From Gammaproteobacteria bacterium (GTDB lineage: Bacteria > Pseudomonadota > Gammaproteobacteria > Xanthomonadales > Rhodanobacteraceae): a DNA stretch of 64,000 bases. Position numbers and translations under genes: made by a program. The notes under the pieces are model-generated. The model worked only from the letters and a program-made list of their open reading frames with translations. It ran no database searches and was not told the DNA's origin. The number at the start of each line of letters is the position of its first letter. Within the stretch, counting starts at the first letter, position 1. The DNA lies in contig JAJPHQ010000091.1 in NCBI GenBank assembly GCA_021325195.1, positions 15,223-79,222 on the forward strand. The letters run 5' to 3'. Positions 36,418 through 45,037 of the stretch are shown piece after piece.

Positions 36418-38247
36418 TCACAGGATGCCCTGTATCCCCGCGCCGAAGGCGGTGACGAAGCGGGCGATGATCGCAGTGAGCGACAGGTTGACCTCGGGGA
36501 AATCGCCCACCGGCTCCCAGCATTCGAGGAAGTCCGGGTCGCCGGGCGGCAGCGGCCGGCAGCCGGGCTTCAACTGGTAGTCGGTGGCGTAGCCGAACGG
36601 CCAGAGGTCGAAGATCGGCAGCCGCCGCGACACGTCGCCGATGGCCTGGCTCACGTCGCCGATCACCGGGGTGGGCCGGCGCGGCGCGACCAGCCAGGCG
36701 TTGCGGGGCGCGGCATCGCGCAGGATCGCCGCGCGCACCTGCATGGCAAACGCGGGGTCGTCGATGATCACGCCGGACTCGGTGTTGTAGTTGGCCGAGC
36801 GCGGATCGAAGTTGTGCGAACCCACCATCACGATGCTGCGGTCCACCACCAGCGACTTGGCGTGCAGGCTGATGCGCGGTCCCGGCTGGCCGGTCTCGAT
36901 CGGCGCGCGGCCGCCGTGATGCGGGGAGGAGGTTTCCGAACCGAAGCCGGAAAGCCGTTCGTAGTCGGCCAGCATCGCCGGCGCGTCCGCCGGATGCGGC
37001 ATCAATTCGTGGATCTGGAAACCATAATCGACCAGGAACTTCTTGTGGTGCTTGTACGACAGCGCATACACCGGCAGCGCGTCGGTGGAGGCCAGCGAGT
37101 CGGTGGACACGATCACCTGCACCGGCGGATGCTTTTTCTGCAGCGCGCGGAAGATCCCGCCGGCGCGATGGGTCAGCACCAGGTACGGCGTCTGCAGCAC
37201 GATCTCGTGCTGCGCGCCGGCGATCATCCGCATCAGGTCGCTGGTCAGCTCGCGCGAGTCGGGGCCGTGCACGGCTTCGGACTTGGACGGCAGATCGTAG
37301 AAGAAATCGACCAGTCCGACGTTCAGGCTGTGCCCGAGCAGGTTCGCCTGCAGCCACGCGCGGTCCCCGGCCTCGGCGCGCACCTTCGCCACGCGCTGGG
37401 GGTCGTCGAAGCGGGGTTCGGACCAGGGTTCCGCGTCGTCGGGATGGGCCAGGATTTCGGCGTTGACGTCCTTCAGGTGGGTGATCGGCGTCGAGCGCGG
37501 ATTGTTCCAGAAGATCTCGAAGCTCTTGGTCATCTGCATGCCGGCAGGGCCGGCGACGATCACGTCGCGGTCCAGGAAATCCATCTGCGGATCCCAGTCG
37601 AAATAGTCGTTGGCGTAGTTGCGGCCGCCCACGATGCCGACCTTGCCGTCGACCAGGAACAGCTTGTTGTGCATGCGCTGGTTGAACTTGTGGAAGCAGC
37701 ACAACACGCTGGCGGTGTATTCCGCGAAGTTGTTGCGGGCGCTGTCGAAGGTCGGGTTGTACAACCTGATTTCGAGGTTGGCGCTGGCGCGCGCGAGGCG
37801 CGACAGCAGCACCGGATCGTTCAGCGAACCCAGCTGGTCGGCGAGGATCCGCACCCTGACCCCACGCCGCGCCGCCTTGACCAGTTCGTCCAGCACCAGC
37901 AGGCCGGCATCGTCCTTGGCCCAGATGTAGGTCTGGATGTCGATGGAGCGCCGCGCCGCGCGTATCAGGTTGATGCGCGCGACCAGCGCGTTCTGGCCGA
38001 TGCCGAGCAGGGTGACGGTGTTGCGCGGATGCCCGGGTTTCGATGCCGCGATCGCGGCATCGGCCTGCGCCAGGAACGGCGAGGACGCCGCGCAGTGGTC
38101 GGCGGCGCGGCAGTCGAGCGTGCGATCGACCGACAGCGCGACGATCCGGTCGGCCTGCTCGATCCTGCGCGTGGACAGCGGCGCGCAGCCGGCCAGCAGC
38201 ACCAACACGACACACAAGCACCAGCCGCTTCGCGACATCCGTCTCAT
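36418..38247 (-). CDS. Phospholipase D family lipoprotein (two HKD motifs; cardiolipin-synthase-like)
   Basis: Lipobox VLLAGC. HKD motifs: HNKLFLVDGKVGIVGGRN and HAKSLVVDRSIVMVGSHN. Confidence 0.85.
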   Translation of the reverse strand: MRRMSRSGWCLCVVLVLLAGCAPLSTRRIEQADRIVALSVDRTLDCRAADHCAASSPFLAQADAAIAASKPGHPRNTVTLLGIGQNALVARINLIRAARRSIDIQTYIWAKDDAGLLVLDELVKAARRGVRVRILADQLGSLNDPVLLSRLARASANLEIRLYNPTFDSARNNFAEYTASVLCCFHKFNQRMHNKLFLVDGKVGIVGGRNYANDYFDWDPQMDFLDRDVIVAGPAGMQMTKSFEIFWNNPRSTPITHLKDVNAEILAHPDDAEPWSEPRFDDPQRVAKVRAEAGDRAWLQANLLGHSLNVGLVDFFYDLPSKSEAVHGPDSRELTSDLMRMIAGAQHEIVLQTPYLVLTHRAGGIFRALQKKHPPVQVIVSTDSLASTDALPVYALSYKHHKKFLVDYGFQIHELMPHPADAPAMLADYERLSGFGSETSSPHHGGRAPIETGQPGPRISLHAKSLVVDRSIVMVGSHNFDPRSANYNTESGVIIDDPAFAMQVRAAILRDAAPRNAWLVAPRRPTPVIGDVSQAIGDVSRRLPIFDLWPFGYATDYQLKPGCRPLPPGDPDFLECWEPVGDFPEVNLSLTAIIARFVTAFGAGIQGIL

Positions 38248-38271
38248 CGGGAGACGATGATACGCGACGCC

Positions 38272-38847
38272 TCAACGGGACGGATCGAGGTGTATCTGCA
38301 TGTCCAGTTCCACCCGGTCCGAGAGCGTGCCGCGCCACGCGCGCATCCCGAACGCCGAGCGCGACAGGCTGCCCCGCACACGGACCGGGCACGCCAGCGG
38401 CGTGCGCGGACAGGCCGACGGCAGCAGCATGAACGAGACCGGCCTCCGCTGGCCGTGCAGTTCCAGCATGCCGCGCAGCACGCCGCCGGAGGCCAGCTCG
38501 GCCAGCGGAAACGGCTCCGAGTCGAAACGGATCCGCGGGTAATGCGCGGCGTCGAAGAATTCGGGACCCAGCGCGCGCGCGCGGTCGCCGGCATCGTCTA
38601 TCGCGAGACCGGCGACGTCGATCACGGCGTGCACCTCGGCAAGGCCGGGGCCGGAAACCCCGCCCCGCTGCAAGCGGCCGCGCAGCCCGGGGAAGTCGCC
38701 CCGCACGTGCGCGAACCAGAACTTGCGCACGCTGAAGGTCGCGTGCGATTGCCCGGGATCGATCGGCCACGCCTGTTCGGCATGCGCCGGCAGTGCCAGC
38801 ACCAGCCACGCAGCCAGCGCCAGCCACCCGTGAAGCCGGACCGTCAT
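38272..38847 (-). CDS. YceI-family periplasmic protein
   Basis: ORF 38272..38913; start preferred at MTVRLHGWLALAAWLVLALPAHA. …SHATFSVRKFWFAHVRGDF… is YceI-like. The ATG overlaps the sixA stop. Confidence 0.7.
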   Translation of the reverse strand: MTVRLHGWLALAAWLVLALPAHAEQAWPIDPGQSHATFSVRKFWFAHVRGDFPGLRGRLQRGGVSGPGLAEVHAVIDVAGLAIDDAGDRARALGPEFFDAAHYPRIRFDSEPFPLAELASGGVLRGMLELHGQRRPVSFMLLPSACPRTPLACPVRVRGSLSRSAFGMRAWRGTLSDRVELDMQIHLDPSR

Positions 38848-39323
38848 GGCGACCAGAAGGCGCGCAACCGGCCGTGGCCGGGTTCGGGCATCTCGTCCTC
38901 GAGTTCGAGCCAAGCCAGCGAGGCCGGCGCCATCCCGCGCGCGCCGGACGAGCGGCCTTGCGTCAGCAGCGCCAGCAATTGTTCCAGCCCGGGATTGTGG
39001 CCGATCAGCAGCACCCGGCCGGCCTGCGCGGCGTGGTTTTCCAGCAGCGACAACAGCTCACCGGGCGTGGCCTGATAGATCGCGGGCAGGAACTGCGGCG
39101 CCGGCAGCCTTTTCAGGATGCCGGCGATGGCCTCGGCGGTCATCTGCGCGCGCCGCGCCGGCGAGCACAGCAGCGCGTCGGGCGCGGCCGAACGCGACTC
39201 AAGCCAGCGGGCCGCCGCACGCGCCTGCTGCTCGCCGCGCAGGCTCAGCGGGCGTTCGCTGTCGCGTCCGTCCGGGGCGGCCTGCATGGCCTCGGCGTGT
39301 CGCAACAGCAACAACTCATGCAT
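38844..39323 (-). CDS. sixA: Phosphohistidine phosphatase SixA
   Basis: This is the 3' 159 codons of ORF 38844..40088, from MHELLLLRHAEA. Motifs: RHAEA, RPLSLRG, IGHNPG. Confidence 0.8.
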   Translation of the reverse strand: MHELLLLRHAEAMQAAPDGRDSERPLSLRGEQQARAAARWLESRSAAPDALLCSPARRAQMTAEAIAGILKRLPAPQFLPAIYQATPGELLSLLENHAAQAGRVLLIGHNPGLEQLLALLTQGRSSGARGMAPASLAWLELEDEMPEPGHGRLRAFWSP

Positions 39324-39337
39324 GGCTGCAGCCGGAT

Positions 39338-40396
39338 TCAGTGGGCCGACGAGGTCGCAGCGGCGGGCGAGGCGGTGCCGGTGAAGGACGCGGGCGCGTC
39401 GGTGGAAATGCCGTTGGCGCGCAACGTGGCCAGGACCAGGCTCAGCTCGGTGCCGCCGTTGCGTGCCATGTCCAGCCATGATTTCGCCAGCGCCTCCTCG
39501 GTGAGTGAGTGCTGCAGCAGCATCGAATAGTTTTGCATCTGCCAGGCGAGGTTGCGGTTTTCCTCGTCGGTCTGCGGCTTGTCGGCGGCATCCAGTTCGC
39601 CCTTGATGTGCAGGCCCACGGCGCGCGCGATCGGGCTGCTGCCCCATTCCAGCGTGTGCGCGAGTTTCAGGCAGTCGGCCTTGATGCCGGCGTCCTTGTC
39701 TGCCGCATGCTTGCCGCAGACCTGCAGCAGCGGCTCCAGATTCGGACGCGGATGCGCGCCGGTGTTCTCCACCGCGACCAGCACGCGCACGCCGTCGGGA
39801 TTGTCGGGCTGGCCGTCGTGCGCGCCATGGATGGTGTCCGGCAGGGGCGGCAGCACCGATACGGCGTCGGCGACGCCCTGCAGCGCAGCGCCGTAATAGT
39901 CGTCGTACATCGGCGCTCCCGCGGCCTGCTTCAGCGCGGCGCGCTCGGCGTCGGCGTCGTGTTTGGCCGCGGCCAGGTCCAGCGCGACCAGCCAGACTGC
40001 CGCGTTGCCGGCGGCCTTCTTCTGCAGCGCCGCGAACGCCTTCGCGTTGGGGCAGTCGTCCTTGCCGCAGTCGCTCAGGCGCACCCACTCGATCGCCGGG
40101 CCGGCGTCCGGCGCGGCCAGCGCGCGCGCACTCAGCGAATCGAAATCCAGTCCCTGCGGCTGATCGGTGAAGGGCCGGGCCAGCAGCGCCGCGCCCAGCA
40201 GGTAGGCGGGATCGGCGCGCAACGCCACCACGCTGACCAGGTCGTGCTGGTATTGCCGGATCGCGGTCAAGCGGGCCTGGTCCGCGGCGGACGGTTTGGC
40301 GGTTTCCGCCGGTGCGGACGGGTCCGGCGGGGCGGCCGACGCGCCCGCGGCGATCGACAGCGAGGCGAGGGCGAGGATCAGCGGGATGCGACGCAT
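39338..40396 (-). CDS. Secreted hypothetical protein, paralog B (two conserved Cys pairs)
   Basis: 352-aa ORF with a signal peptide MRRIPLILALASLSIAAGASA. Collinear similarity to the upstream ORF 40449..41483. Confidence 0.65.
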   Translation of the reverse strand: MRRIPLILALASLSIAAGASAAPPDPSAPAETAKPSAADQARLTAIRQYQHDLVSVVALRADPAYLLGAALLARPFTDQPQGLDFDSLSARALAAPDAGPAIEWVRLSDCGKDDCPNAKAFAALQKKAAGNAAVWLVALDLAAAKHDADAERAALKQAAGAPMYDDYYGAALQGVADAVSVLPPLPDTIHGAHDGQPDNPDGVRVLVAVENTGAHPRPNLEPLLQVCGKHAADKDAGIKADCLKLAHTLEWGSSPIARAVGLHIKGELDAADKPQTDEENRNLAWQMQNYSMLLQHSLTEEALAKSWLDMARNGGTELSLVLATLRANGISTDAPASFTGTASPAAATSSAH

Positions 40397-40448
40397 GGGC
40401 AGTTCCGGTTCGGCGGGGCGAAAAAGCTAAGCGGGGGCGGATGAACGG

Positions 40449-41483
40449 CTACTGGCCGGCGGCCGCCTGCGGCGGTTGCCAGCCGGCAGGCGGTTGCAGC
40501 GGCACGTGACGGGATTGCAGGAGGATGATCAGGGCCGCGTCCTCGCTGCGCTGCGTGCGCAGCGCGTCCAGCCACGCCCTGGCCAGCGCCGTGTCATCGT
40601 AGGCGCTGCCTGCGAGCGCGGGGAATTGCGTGACCCGCCACGTCACCGCGCGCAGCCGCCGACGCGCGTCGTCGCGCTCGGCCGGGTTGTCGCTGTTGCG
40701 CATGACCATCCTGCTGCCCGCCAGCATCGCGACCAGCGTGCCGCTGTTCTCCATCGACGTGCCGATCCGGACGCAAACCTGCCTGCGTACGCGAGGGGCT
40801 TGCGGATGGCCGCACGCGGCGGCGAGCGCCAGCGTGTCGCGCTCGAATGGCCCCTGCTGCTGCATGGCCTGCATGGCGCCCTCGAAGAAATCGACCAGGT
40901 AATCGTCGCGGTGGTCGGGCGACAGTCCCGGCGGCAGCGGCGCCGCGGCGCGCACCCGCAGGGCGCGCTGCGCCAGCCGCCACGCGTGGGGATCGAAGCG
41001 GGGCGCGTCCGCCATCTTCTGCAGGGCGTGGTCCAGCGCCTGCGCATCGCCGGCGCGATCGGCCCGGGCCGCCGCCGGCACCCACGTCGCGGCGTTGTCG
41101 GGTTCCAGCGCTTGCAGCCAGGCCAGCGCGGCCCCGGTGTCGCAGTTGGCGGCGGCTTCGCAGAACTGCCAGTGCAGCCAGGCGAGATCGGCGTCCCTGG
41201 GTGCCACCAGCGACGCGGCCTGCGCGTATTGCGCGCGCTGCGCGGGGTCGCGCGTCATCAGCGCCGCCGCCAGCAGCGAATCGGCATCGCCGCGCGCGGC
41301 CAGGTCATGCACGGCTTTGCCGAGCCAGGGCGGATCGGTTTCTGCCATGCGCTGCGCATCGGACATCCGGCCCAGCACCTCGGTCTCCGGCACCGCGGCG
41401 GAAGTCGCGGGCGCGGGCGGACGGGCCGCCGCCGCGAGCAACGGCAGCGCCAGCAGCAGTGCAGGCGAGAGGATGCGTTTCAC
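40449..41483 (-). CDS. Secreted hypothetical protein, paralog A (two conserved Cys pairs)
   Basis: This is the 3' part of ORF 40449..41738. GTG start at 41483 (VKRILSPALLLALPLLAAA), preceded by GGAGA ~9 nt upstream. Signal peptide present. Confidence 0.6.
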   Translation of the reverse strand: MKRILSPALLLALPLLAAAARPPAPATSAAVPETEVLGRMSDAQRMAETDPPWLGKAVHDLAARGDADSLLAAALMTRDPAQRAQYAQAASLVAPRDADLAWLHWQFCEAAANCDTGAALAWLQALEPDNAATWVPAAARADRAGDAQALDHALQKMADAPRFDPHAWRLAQRALRVRAAAPLPPGLSPDHRDDYLVDFFEGAMQAMQQQGPFERDTLALAAACGHPQAPRVRRQVCVRIGTSMENSGTLVAMLAGSRMVMRNSDNPAERDDARRRLRAVTWRVTQFPALAGSAYDDTALARAWLDALRTQRSEDAALIILLQSRHVPLQPPAGWQPPQAAAGQ

Positions 41484-41517
41484 GGTCCTTTGTCTCCGGC
41501 GCGCGGATAAAGTTGCA

Positions 41518-42369
41518 TCAAGCGCGCAAGCTTTCGCGCATGAATTCCGGCTGCGCCAGCGCCGCACGATGGATCTCGACGTTGTAGTAGCGGGTCGCGA
41601 AAGGCTTGTCGGCGGCGTCACGCTCGCGGAAACCTTCGAGCGGACCGCCCTTGCGCGCCATGGTGCAGCTCCACCAGCCGGTGGGATAGCACGGCTGCGG
41701 GAAAGGCAGGGTGTGGATGGCCGGGAAACCGGCCGCACGCATCGCGCCGCGCATCGACCGGATCAATTCCAGATGCGCAACGGGTGATTCGGACTGCTGC
41801 ACCAGAATCCCGCCTTCGCGCAGCGCCCGGTAACAGCTTGCGTAGAACGCCGCATTGAACAGCCCTTCCGCCGGACCGACCGGGTCGGTGGAATCGACGA
41901 TCACCACGTCCAGCGAACCGGGCGCGCGATCGCGCATGTAGCGGATGCCGTCGTCGAACAGCAGCCGGGCGCGGGGATCGCCGTTCGATTCGCACAGTTC
42001 CGGGAAATACCTTTCCGCAAGGCGCGTGACACGCTCGTCGATTTCGACCTGCACGGCGGATTCGACCTCCGCGTGCTTCAGCACTTCGCGCAGCGTGCCG
42101 CAGTCGCCGCCGCCGATGATCGCCACGTTGCGCGGCGCGGCGTGCGCGAACAGCGCCGGGTGCGTCATCATCTCGTGATAGAGGAAATTGTCGCGGCCGG
42201 TGAGCATGATGCAGCCGTCGATCACCATCAGGTTGCCCCAGTCGGTGGTGCGGTAGATCTCGATGGACTGGAACGGCGTCTTTTCCGCATGCAGCCGCGC
42301 CTCCACGCGAAAGCCGATCGAGGAGCCGGACGCGGCGTGCGCCTCGGTGAACCAGGTGGATTGCGACAT
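41518..42369 (-). CDS. speE: Spermidine synthase (polyamine aminopropyltransferase)
   Basis: ORF 41518..42498; start at MSQSTWFTEAH. Motifs: LMVIDG, YHEMMTH, VAIIGGGDCGTLREVLKH, VIVDSTDPVGPAEGLF. Confidence 0.9.
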   Translation of the reverse strand: MSQSTWFTEAHAASGSSIGFRVEARLHAEKTPFQSIEIYRTTDWGNLMVIDGCIMLTGRDNFLYHEMMTHPALFAHAAPRNVAIIGGGDCGTLREVLKHAEVESAVQVEIDERVTRLAERYFPELCESNGDPRARLLFDDGIRYMRDRAPGSLDVVIVDSTDPVGPAEGLFNAAFYASCYRALREGGILVQQSESPVAHLELIRSMRGAMRAAGFPAIHTLPFPQPCYPTGWWSCTMARKGGPLEGFRERDAADKPFATRYYNVEIHRAALAQPEFMRESLRA

Positions 42370-42395
42370 GCGGGTGATCCCTGTGACCAACGTTC

Positions 42396-42432
42396 GATTG
42401 TAGCGGTGCCGGCAAGGCGAGGCGCTACAATC
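42396..42432. promoter_or_regulatory. Mirror-image divergent -10 elements of speE and speA
   Basis: The perfect 10-bp inverted repeat GATTGTAGCG-N17-CGCTACAATC places a TACAAT hexamer ~28-30 nt upstream of each divergent start codon. Confidence 0.45.
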
Positions 42433-42460
42433 CGCGCTTTCCCGTTCCCCGGATGCCGCG

Positions 42461-44359
42461 ATGGCGCAAGCCTGGAGCCTCGACGACGCCCGCCGCACGT
42501 ATTCGGTCCCGCACTGGAGCGACGGCTACGTGGAGATCGGCGCCGACGGCCGCGCGCGGATGCGTCCGCGCGGCGCCGGCGGCCCGGCGATCGCGCTGGA
42601 CGATGCGGTCGCGCGCGCCAGGGCGATGGGCCTGCGGCTGCCGCTGCTGCTGCGCTTCCCGGACATCCTGATCGATCGCCGCGAGAAGCTGCGGGCCGCG
42701 TTTGCCCGTGCCATGCGCGAAACCGGCTACCGCGGCGCCTACACCGCGCTGTATCCGGTCAAGGTCAACCAGCAGCGCACGGTCGCGGGCACGCTGGCCG
42801 ACGGCAGGGTGCGCGAGGGCACCACGGGTTTCGGCCTGGAAGCGGGCTCCAAGCCCGAGCTGCTGGCGGTGCTGGGGCTGGCGCGCGCGGGCTCGATGGT
42901 GGTGTGCAACGGCTACAAGGATGCCGAATACATCCGGCTGGCGCTGATCGGCCGCAAGCTCGGCATCGACGTGGTGATCGTGATCGAGAAGCCGTCCGAG
43001 CTCGAATACGTGATCGCCGAATCACGCGCGCTGGGCATCGAGCCGAAACTGGGCGTGCGCGTGCGCCTCGCCTCGATCGGCGCCGGCAAATGGCAGAACA
43101 CCGGCGGTGACAAGGGCAAGTTCGGACTGACGCCGGCGCAGTTGCTGGAACTGGTGGCGCGGCTGCACGAGGCGCGGCTCACGCACGCGATGCGCCTGCT
43201 GCATTTCCACATGGGCTCGCAGATTTCCAACCTGCGCGACATCACCGCCGGCATGCGCGAAGCGGTGCGGCATTTCGCCGAACTGCGCAGGCTGGGCCTG
43301 CCGCTGGATCACGTCGATGTGGGCGGCGGCCTGGGCATCGATTACGAAGGCACGCGCTCGCGCAGCGAGTGCTCGATCAACTACGACCTCGACCAGTACG
43401 CCGGCGCGATCGTTGCGCCGCTGGCCGCGGCGTGCGCGGAACTGCAACTCGACCCGCCGCACGTGCTGACCGAATCCGGCCGCGCAATGACCGCCCATCA
43501 TGCCGTGCTGGTGGTCAACGTCAGCGAAGTCGAACACGCGCCCGACGGCACGGTGCCGCCACGGGAAGCGGACGAATCGCCGGTGCTGCGCTCGCTGCGC
43601 GACACGCTGGCCGCGCTGGACCAACGCCCCGTGCGCGAGGTGTGGCAGGACGCGCAGCAGTTCCTGGGCGAAGGACAGTTGCTGTACGCGCAGGGCGCGC
43701 TGGATCTCGCGCAGCGCGCGAAACTCGACGCGCTGTACCACGCGATCGCGCTGGGCGTGCGTGCGCGGCTGAAACCCGACGAGCGCGCGCACCGCGAGCT
43801 GATCGATGCACTCGACACCAAGCTGGTCGACAAGTATTTCTGCAACTTCTCGGTGTTCGAGTCGATCCCCGACGTGTGGGCGATCGACCAGGTGTTCCCG
43901 ATCATGCCGCTGACCCGGCTGGACGAGAAGCCGCTGCGGCGCGGCACGCTGGCCGACCTCACCTGCGATTCCGACGGGCGCGTGGACGTGTACGTCGATT
44001 CCGAGGGGCTGGACGTCAGCCTGCCGCTGCACGACCTGCGCCGGGACGAACCCTACCGGCTGGGCATCTTCCTGGTCGGCGCCTATCAGGAACCGCTGGG
44101 CGACATCCACAACCTGTTCGGCGACACCGATGCGGTCAACGTCCGGATCGACGGTGACGGATTCAAGCTTGACGGTGCGCGTCGCGGCGATTCCGCCGAC
44201 ATGCTGCTCGATTACGTCGGTTACAGGCCGGACGACCTGCGCGCGGCCTATCGCGCCAGGATCGCGGCCGCCGACATTCACGGCGATGCGGCGAAACAAG
44301 TGGAAGCCGCGCTGGAAGCGGGACTGACGGGATACACCTATCTCGCCGAATCAAACTGA
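42461..44359 (+). CDS. speA: Biosynthetic arginine decarboxylase
   Basis: 632-aa ORF: MAQAWSLDDARRTYSVPHWSDGYV…YPVKVNQQR…. Full-length SpeA architecture. Confidence 0.9.
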   Translation: MAQAWSLDDARRTYSVPHWSDGYVEIGADGRARMRPRGAGGPAIALDDAVARARAMGLRLPLLLRFPDILIDRREKLRAAFARAMRETGYRGAYTALYPVKVNQQRTVAGTLADGRVREGTTGFGLEAGSKPELLAVLGLARAGSMVVCNGYKDAEYIRLALIGRKLGIDVVIVIEKPSELEYVIAESRALGIEPKLGVRVRLASIGAGKWQNTGGDKGKFGLTPAQLLELVARLHEARLTHAMRLLHFHMGSQISNLRDITAGMREAVRHFAELRRLGLPLDHVDVGGGLGIDYEGTRSRSECSINYDLDQYAGAIVAPLAAACAELQLDPPHVLTESGRAMTAHHAVLVVNVSEVEHAPDGTVPPREADESPVLRSLRDTLAALDQRPVREVWQDAQQFLGEGQLLYAQGALDLAQRAKLDALYHAIALGVRARLKPDERAHRELIDALDTKLVDKYFCNFSVFESIPDVWAIDQVFPIMPLTRLDEKPLRRGTLADLTCDSDGRVDVYVDSEGLDVSLPLHDLRRDEPYRLGIFLVGAYQEPLGDIHNLFGDTDAVNVRIDGDGFKLDGARRGDSADMLLDYVGYRPDDLRAAYRARIAAADIHGDAAKQVEAALEAGLTGYTYLAESN

Positions 44360-44383
44360 CGCGCTGCCTGTCGTTTGCGGGAT

Positions 44384-44444
44384 TTGCAAGGGCGCGGCTT
44401 GCCGCGGTATCTTACGCTTCAAGTATCGATGAAGAATACGTAAG
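44384..44444 (+). promoter_or_regulatory. Putative vapBC promoter and operator
   Basis: TTGCAA (44384-89), an 18-nt spacer, then TATCTT (44408-13). The inverted repeat CTTACG (44411-16)…CGTAAG (44439-44) flanks an ATCGAT palindrome just before the vapB ATG. Confidence 0.45.
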
Positions 44445-44447
44445 AAC

Positions 44448-44660
44448 ATGAGCGCCGTCGCCACGCTATCCTCGAAATTCCAGATCTCCATCCCCAAATC
44501 CGTGCGTGAAGAACAGCACTGGAAGGCCGGGCAGGAGTTCGTGTTCATCCCCAAGGGCGCGGGCGTGCTGGTCATGCCGGTGCCGGAGCGGAAGCAGCTT
44601 GCAGGTATCGCCAGGGGCGCGAAAACCGGCGGGTATCGCGACCGGTCGGATCGCGTTTGA
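44448..44660 (+). CDS. vapB: AbrB/MazE/SpoVT-family antitoxin VapB
   Basis: 70-aa ORF. SKFQISIPKSVRE…W.AGQEF is the SpoVT/AbrB fold signature. The stop overlaps the vapC start (TGATG). Confidence 0.8.
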   Translation: MSAVATLSSKFQISIPKSVREEQHWKAGQEFVFIPKGAGVLVMPVPERKQLAGIARGAKTGGYRDRSDRV

Positions 44661-45037
44661 TGCGCGTCGTCGATACGTCGGCGTGGATCGAATGGCTGGT
44701 CGGCAGCGCGCTCGGCAAAAGACTCGGCAAGGAATTCCCGGCGCGGGAGCAATGCATCGTGCCGACCCTGGTGCAACTGGAGTTGGCAAAGTGGCTGGCC
44801 CGTGAAACCGACGAAGACCGCACCGACCAGGTGATCGCCTACACACAGAAGTGTGTCGTGGTGCCCATGGATACGCGCATTGCGCTGCAGGCGGCCGAGT
44901 TGGGCCGCGAACACAAGCTCGCCACCGCTGACGCGATCATCTGTGCGACCGCGCGTGAACAGGGCGCGGACCTGCTGACCTGCGACGCGCATTTCGCGAA
45001 ACTCCCGGACGTCGTGTATTTCCGCAAGCGCGACTAG
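44660..45037 (+). CDS. vapC: PIN-domain toxin VapC
   Basis: ORF 44657..45037; ATG at 44660. VVDTSAWIEW…, the ATADAIICATA region and TCDAHF carry the PIN acidic residues. Confidence 0.8.
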   Translation: MRVVDTSAWIEWLVGSALGKRLGKEFPAREQCIVPTLVQLELAKWLARETDEDRTDQVIAYTQKCVVVPMDTRIALQAAELGREHKLATADAIICATAREQGADLLTCDAHFAKLPDVVYFRKRD

